A DNA stretch of 42,757 nt from Parafilimonas sp. Lineage in GTDB: Bacteria; Bacteroidota; Bacteroidia; Chitinophagales; Chitinophagaceae. The position numbers and the translations under genes are program-made. Under the pieces are notes generated by a model. The model ran no database searches. It was given only the letters and a program-made list of their open reading frames with translations, and was not told the origin of the DNA. The stretch is from contig JBDUEO010000001.1 in the NCBI GenBank assembly GCA_040002335.1, positions 1 through 42,757 on the forward strand. The letters run 5' to 3'. Shown here piece after piece: positions 38,459 through 42,757 of the stretch. How positions within the stretch are numbered: position 1 is the first letter of the stretch; each line of letters opens with the position of its first letter.

Positions 38459-39439
38459 ATGAACATTAAAAAGTTATGCGTTATTGTATTTGCGATTTCT
38501 TCTGTTTTAACATCGTGCAGTAAAGGCAGCGATGCACCGGGTAATGGTGGAAATAATAACGGTGGTGGTGGTGATAATGGCGGCAATAACAGCAGCCTTG
38601 GTACGGGCCATATTTATGTACAATGGGCAGATGAAGGCGTAAAAGATATTGATTTGCAAACAGCAGCAGAATCTACATTATTGCCGAACACTACAGGCTT
38701 GCACAGCTATTATATAAGCCAGGATGGAACAAAAATTTTACAGTCATCTACTGCATCTGGTACTGATTATGATGCAAATCTTTATACGCTTACAAACCTT
38801 GATGGTTCAATAATACAGCAGTTTAAATATTATCCTGCAGAAGGCGATTATACGTTTCCGCAACTTTCTCCCGATGCAACAATGATTGCTGTTCCGCCAA
38901 CTTTTGATGATGGTGTTGTAATAATGAATACTTCAGGCAAAGTATTATACAATTTTGCTACAATTAATGGCAACAAAGTAAATGGCGGCATTGATTGGTT
39001 GCCAAATAATGAGTTACTGATTTCTACATCGGCGGGCATTTGGCATATTGGTTCACCATTTAAAACAGCCTATTTTATTACGAAGCCAAACTTTGCAAGT
39101 TGGGGCGATATAGCGGCAAGCCCTGATGGTAAAAAAATTGCGTTTACTGGTGGAAGCCATATTTGGATAATGGATATTGACGGAACAAACCTAAAGCAGG
39201 TTACAACCAGCAGTACAGTTGAAGCTTATCCTGTTTTTTCGCCCGACAGCAAATCTTTATTAGTAGGTACAGATTATCAGGAAACGCTTGCTACCAGTTA
39301 TATATGGTACTTAGGCATTATTCCGGCAGATGGCAATACGTATAATGTTGACCCTGGTAAAGACACCAATGTTGTTGAAGTTATTCCTAAAGGAGAGACA
39401 CAACCACAACCCGGCGATGACTATATGTATTGGCGATAA
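38459..39439 (+). CDS. Lipoprotein with TolB/PD40 beta-propeller
   Basis: Lipobox LTSC, G/N-rich linker, SPDGKKIAF, PVFSPDSKSLL. Confidence 0.85.
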   Translation: MNIKKLCVIVFAISSVLTSCSKGSDAPGNGGNNNGGGGDNGGNNSSLGTGHIYVQWADEGVKDIDLQTAAESTLLPNTTGLHSYYISQDGTKILQSSTASGTDYDANLYTLTNLDGSIIQQFKYYPAEGDYTFPQLSPDATMIAVPPTFDDGVVIMNTSGKVLYNFATINGNKVNGGIDWLPNNELLISTSAGIWHIGSPFKTAYFITKPNFASWGDIAASPDGKKIAFTGGSHIWIMDIDGTNLKQVTTSSTVEAYPVFSPDSKSLLVGTDYQETLATSYIWYLGIIPADGNTYNVDPGKDTNVVEVIPKGETQPQPGDDYMYWR

Positions 39440-39625
39440 ACAGAATTGAACAAATTATAGTGCGAAAATATTTGTTTAAAGAAAGGCAGGCAGTGCAATA
39501 AAAGAATGTTCATCATCTAATAAAAAAATTTTTTTAAACGAAATTTTACAACAACTCAATAATTATCTTTAGCCTTTCAAGTATGTAGAATAGCAACTTA
39601 TTTCTTATCTAAAAGACTAACCTTA

Positions 39626-41359
39626 ATGAAAAAAATTTACGCCTTTACCATCTTAACAATAGCTATCTTATTTGCTAATGAAATAAAAGCCCAGGTAAGT
39701 AAAAGAGATTCCTTAGCCTTGGTGAATTTGTATGACAGCACTTTTGGTGATAGCTGGAGGCATAATAAAAATTGGTTAAACGGACCTGTTAGCACATGGT
39801 ATGGTATTACCGTAGTTGATACAAGCGTAACTTCAGTAGTATTGGGTACAAATGGTTTGGGAGGAACGCTGCCCGCATGTATTGGAGATCTTAGTAATTT
39901 GAATACTTTATACTTAAATGACAATCATATACACGGCACAATACCAGAAACAATAGGTAATCTTACTAATCTGCAATATCTAAGTTTTTATCACAATAAT
40001 ATTAAGGGAGGAATTCCAGTTAGTATCGGTAATTGTATTAACCTGCTTCAACTTTCCTTAAGTTATAACCAATTACAAGTAATTCCAACTTCCCTGTGCC
40101 ATTGCATTAATTTATACTGGCTTTATTTAGATAATAATAGCTTTAAAAGTTTACCTGATTCGATAGGCAATTTAAGCCGGTTATTTTTTCTTGATGTAAG
40201 CTATAACGATTTAAAAGGAAGTATACCTCAATCTATTGGTGGCCTTGTTAATCTTGTTGGCCTTAATCTGTCAATCAATTCTTTAACAGGCCCAATTCCT
40301 GAATCAATTGGTGACCTTGCCAGCGTTACAAGTATTAATTTAAGGCACAATAACCTTACAGGTGAAATTCCTTCTTCAATAGGTAATTTATCGAAACTTC
40401 AATATTTAGATCTAAGTTATAATTCTATCGCTGGTACTATTCCAGGTACTGTGGGCAATCTTTATAATATTCAGGAAATATATCTTTATAACAATAAGCT
40501 GACTGATAAAATACCTGCTTCAATTGGCAAATTAGATAGTTTACAGGAACTAAACCTGCAATCAAATAAACTCACTGGAAATATTCCTGCGTCGTTAGCG
40601 CATCCTGGTAATTTACATGTGCTGTATTTAAGCGACAATCAGCTAACAGGCAGTATTCCGCCAGAATTTGCTGATCCTAAAAAGCATATTAGCCTAATTG
40701 TAAGCGGTAACCATCTTTCACAAATCGGAAATGTAAACTTTCCCAATTTTCATAATTCACAGTTTTATGCAGCAATAGATCATAACTGGTTTACGTTTGA
40801 TGGCCTTGAATTTATAGCATCCAGTTTTCCTTCAATAACTTATTCACCTCAATCAAAGATTAATATTCATCAACGTGGCAATTACTTAACTGTTTATGCG
40901 GGAGGAACGCTAAATAATAATATTTATCAATGGTCTAAAGATGGTATTGTTATAAAAACAAAACAAGGAGATTCAGCTTTTCTTCCTGCTATTAGTGGAA
41001 ATTATACAGTTAAGGTTACAAATTCAGTTGCTACCAAACTTACCTTATATGGTGATACAATAAGTTTTAATACATCAAATATTTCACCGGCAATTGCAGC
41101 AAATCAAATTAATAATAATAGCTTTTCAATATATCCAAACCCAGTAAAAACAATTGCAACAATTTCATTTATCACTAAAGGAAATTGTATAATAAAACTT
41201 GCTGATGTTTCTGGAAATATTATTCAAACCAAAACAGTAAGCATTAAAGGCTTAAATACGTTACAATTAGATGTAAGCAAATATGCTTCGGGGATTTATT
41301 TTGTTTCGATCCTTGGGGAAGGAAAACAAATCCAAACTTTACAATTGAATAAAGAATAA
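39626..41359 (+). CDS. Leucine-rich-repeat protein with T9SS type A C-terminal sorting domain
   Basis: About 11-12 repeats of LxxLxLxxNxLxGxIPxxIGxL; Ig-like YQWSKDG...SGNYTVKVTN; CTD FSIYPNPVK...SGIYFV. Confidence 0.92.
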   Translation: MKKIYAFTILTIAILFANEIKAQVSKRDSLALVNLYDSTFGDSWRHNKNWLNGPVSTWYGITVVDTSVTSVVLGTNGLGGTLPACIGDLSNLNTLYLNDNHIHGTIPETIGNLTNLQYLSFYHNNIKGGIPVSIGNCINLLQLSLSYNQLQVIPTSLCHCINLYWLYLDNNSFKSLPDSIGNLSRLFFLDVSYNDLKGSIPQSIGGLVNLVGLNLSINSLTGPIPESIGDLASVTSINLRHNNLTGEIPSSIGNLSKLQYLDLSYNSIAGTIPGTVGNLYNIQEIYLYNNKLTDKIPASIGKLDSLQELNLQSNKLTGNIPASLAHPGNLHVLYLSDNQLTGSIPPEFADPKKHISLIVSGNHLSQIGNVNFPNFHNSQFYAAIDHNWFTFDGLEFIASSFPSITYSPQSKINIHQRGNYLTVYAGGTLNNNIYQWSKDGIVIKTKQGDSAFLPAISGNYTVKVTNSVATKLTLYGDTISFNTSNISPAIAANQINNNSFSIYPNPVKTIATISFITKGNCIIKLADVSGNIIQTKTVSIKGLNTLQLDVSKYASGIYFVSILGEGKQIQTLQLNKE

Positions 41360-41507
41360 TACAGGCTAACGATAATATGCAGACTTCAATATTAGCAATT
41401 TCTTAAATTCCTATATCATCAAAAAGTCCGTTCCATTATATTTTTAGTATTCTTATTGGTTATAATTTCAGATATAACACCTTATACAGATTGATTTTCA
41501 ACTAAAC

Positions 41508-41539
41508 AAAAAAAGCCCATCAAATAATGATGAGCTTTT
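41508..41539 (-). terminator. Intrinsic terminator directly after the tRNA remnant (possibly bidirectional)
   Basis: AAAAGCCCATCA-N5-TGATGAGCTTTT with A7 on + strand. Confidence 0.7.
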
Positions 41540-41541
41540 AA

Positions 41542-41554
41542 GTCGGGAGGACAG
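41542..41554 (-). other. tRNA-Pro 3'-end remnant, candidate att site
   Basis: Minus strand CTGTCCTCCCGAC resembles the 3' T-stem/acceptor end of tRNA-Pro; no T-loop or remainder of a tRNA upstream; terminator follows. Confidence 0.5.
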
Positions 41555-41668
41555 AACTATTATTTAAAGTTGCAAAAATCTCACTATCAAAAAGATCAAA
41601 ATTTAAAAGAGCATACTCACATTATTTATCTCATTATGCTGAAGAATAAGAGGGAGTAAAGATAGGTA

Positions 41669-41860
41669 AATGAATTAATACAATGCCTGCCTGTTATATA
41701 TAGAATATCAAAAACTTTTGAAGTTCTATATTCATTCAGCACATCTTTTATAAATTCAACTTCTGCATTTGTCCATTCAGGCGTTGCAGCTTTCTCCCAC
41801 ATTTCTCAGTTAATACCTGCAAAAATGTTCATACCAGTTATCGGGAATGTTATTTTTCAT
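41669..41860 (-). pseudogene. Class I SAM methyltransferase N-terminal remnant
   Basis: MKNNIPDNWYEHF / frameshift / AGIN*EMWEKAATPEWTNAEVEFIKDVL...VFDILYITGRH (degenerate motif I); start overlaps the GNAT stop. Confidence 0.55.
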
Positions 41861-42399
41861 CACAAGACTTTGTTTTCAATTTTATAAAGTACATGTCTAC
41901 ATAATGTATTGTCGGGCGCAATATTTGGATGATTAAATTCTCCTTGCTTTATCATCCCGACTTTGTTCATTACTCTTTCTGAAGCAGAATTTACTACAGC
42001 AGTAAATGAATATACTGTTTGGAATTGTAATGTATCAAATCCATATTGTAAACATGCTTTTGCCGCTTCAGTTGCATAACTCTTATTCCATTCTACTTTT
42101 TTCAGACGCCAGCCAATTTCAATACACGGGGTAAAAAAACTTTCAAATGGTGGAATCATAAAACCGGTGTAACCAATAAATTCTCCCGTTGAAATTTTTT
42201 CAATTGCAAAGACCCCAAAACTATATTGTTCAAAATGCGAATTGATTCTTTTCATCATCGCTGCTGTTTCTTCTTCATTTAATAATGAAGGATAATATTT
42301 CATTACATCAGCATCTTTATTCATTGCAGAAAAGGGAATAAAATCTGCATCAATCCATTTCCTTAATTTTAATCTTTCCGTATAAATTATATCTTCCAT
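41860..42399 (-). CDS. GNAT N-acetyltransferase (RimJ/RimL type)
   Basis: TERLKLRKW, EIGWRL...WNKSYATEAA, NSASERVMNKVGM. Confidence 0.92.
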   Translation of the reverse strand: MEDIIYTERLKLRKWIDADFIPFSAMNKDADVMKYYPSLLNEEETAAMMKRINSHFEQYSFGVFAIEKISTGEFIGYTGFMIPPFESFFTPCIEIGWRLKKVEWNKSYATEAAKACLQYGFDTLQFQTVYSFTAVVNSASERVMNKVGMIKQGEFNHPNIAPDNTLCRHVLYKIENKVL

Positions 42400-42451
42400 T
42401 TTTTAACCAGGTCTTCATATCTTCTGTGATATTGTTTTTATGCTGTGGCCT

Positions 42452-42584
42452 TTTGCATCAATAAATTTTTCTTTTAATTTTTTATTTGCAGAACCCTTAA
42501 TAAACTGCCATGACCAAATACAGTTAAAAAAGTATTAATCGCACCCAAACTGATTTGATAAATATTCCCGGTTATTTGTTGCAT
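42452..42584 (-). pseudogene. MBL-fold hydrolase gene with large internal deletion
   Basis: N-terminus MQQITGNIYQISLGAINTF is joined directly to a C-terminal VFGHG motif; the HxHxDH core is absent. Confidence 0.5.
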
Positions 42585-42757
42585 GATGGTATCATTGTAA
42601 TGTATTATGATTTCATGTTTTATGATTTTTTTGAATGACAGCATTTCCATCATCAATTAAAAAAAGCAACCTAATAATAAAAAATTATTCACTAAGTTTT
42701 TTTTTCTTTTTTTATACCGCTAAAAATAACAAAAGCCTTTACCGGTTCACCTTTTGA

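Noticed and set aside
41542-41620. Complete tRNA gene
   Set aside because: Only ~13 nt of the 3' end match; no T-loop, anticodon arm or D arm.

Overview
An AT-rich Bacteroidota window (Chitinophagaceae-like by inference from SusC/SusD, a T9SS C-terminal domain and TAnnTTTG promoters). (1) 1-~4440: the distal part of an IS1595-family element. Its transposase is cut by the window edge and converges on passenger genes: a KilA-N gene with an apparent antisense-RNA control region, two small membrane proteins, and an overlapping 4-gene run (ART-fold-like protein, DUF6575-like protein, YbjN/CesT-fold chaperone-like protein, unlisted 52-aa basic protein). Three tandem TIR-like 23-mers close the region. 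(2) 4.5-15 kb: a DUF4290 gene and an accessory patchwork (membrane LuxR plus a small paralogue of its own membrane domain, decayed rhodanese cassette, P-type ATPase, MDR oxidoreductase, Nramp-like transporter, DUF1295, pseudo-receiver). (3) 15.3-31.5 kb: a polysaccharide utilisation locus in two operons, each headed by a TolB/PD40 paralogue with matching CTACATCA repeats (Y_Y_Y-LuxR regulator, SusD, SusC, GH2, divergent RpiA, Tat-exported TIM-barrel isomerase). (4) 31.8-35 kb: OmpR/HAMP two-component system, ~30% Met secreted protein and RclC/YkgB homologue, a candidate reactive-chlorine defence module. (5) 35-41.4 kb: TPR kinase/NarL pair, two exported proteins and a T9SS LRR protein. (6) 41.5 kb-end: a tRNA-Pro 3' remnant (possible att site), a GNAT and decaying genes. 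Best new-system candidates: the toxin/partner/YbjN-chaperone cargo and the Met-rich/RclC module. All family calls are motif recognition by eye; no searches were run.
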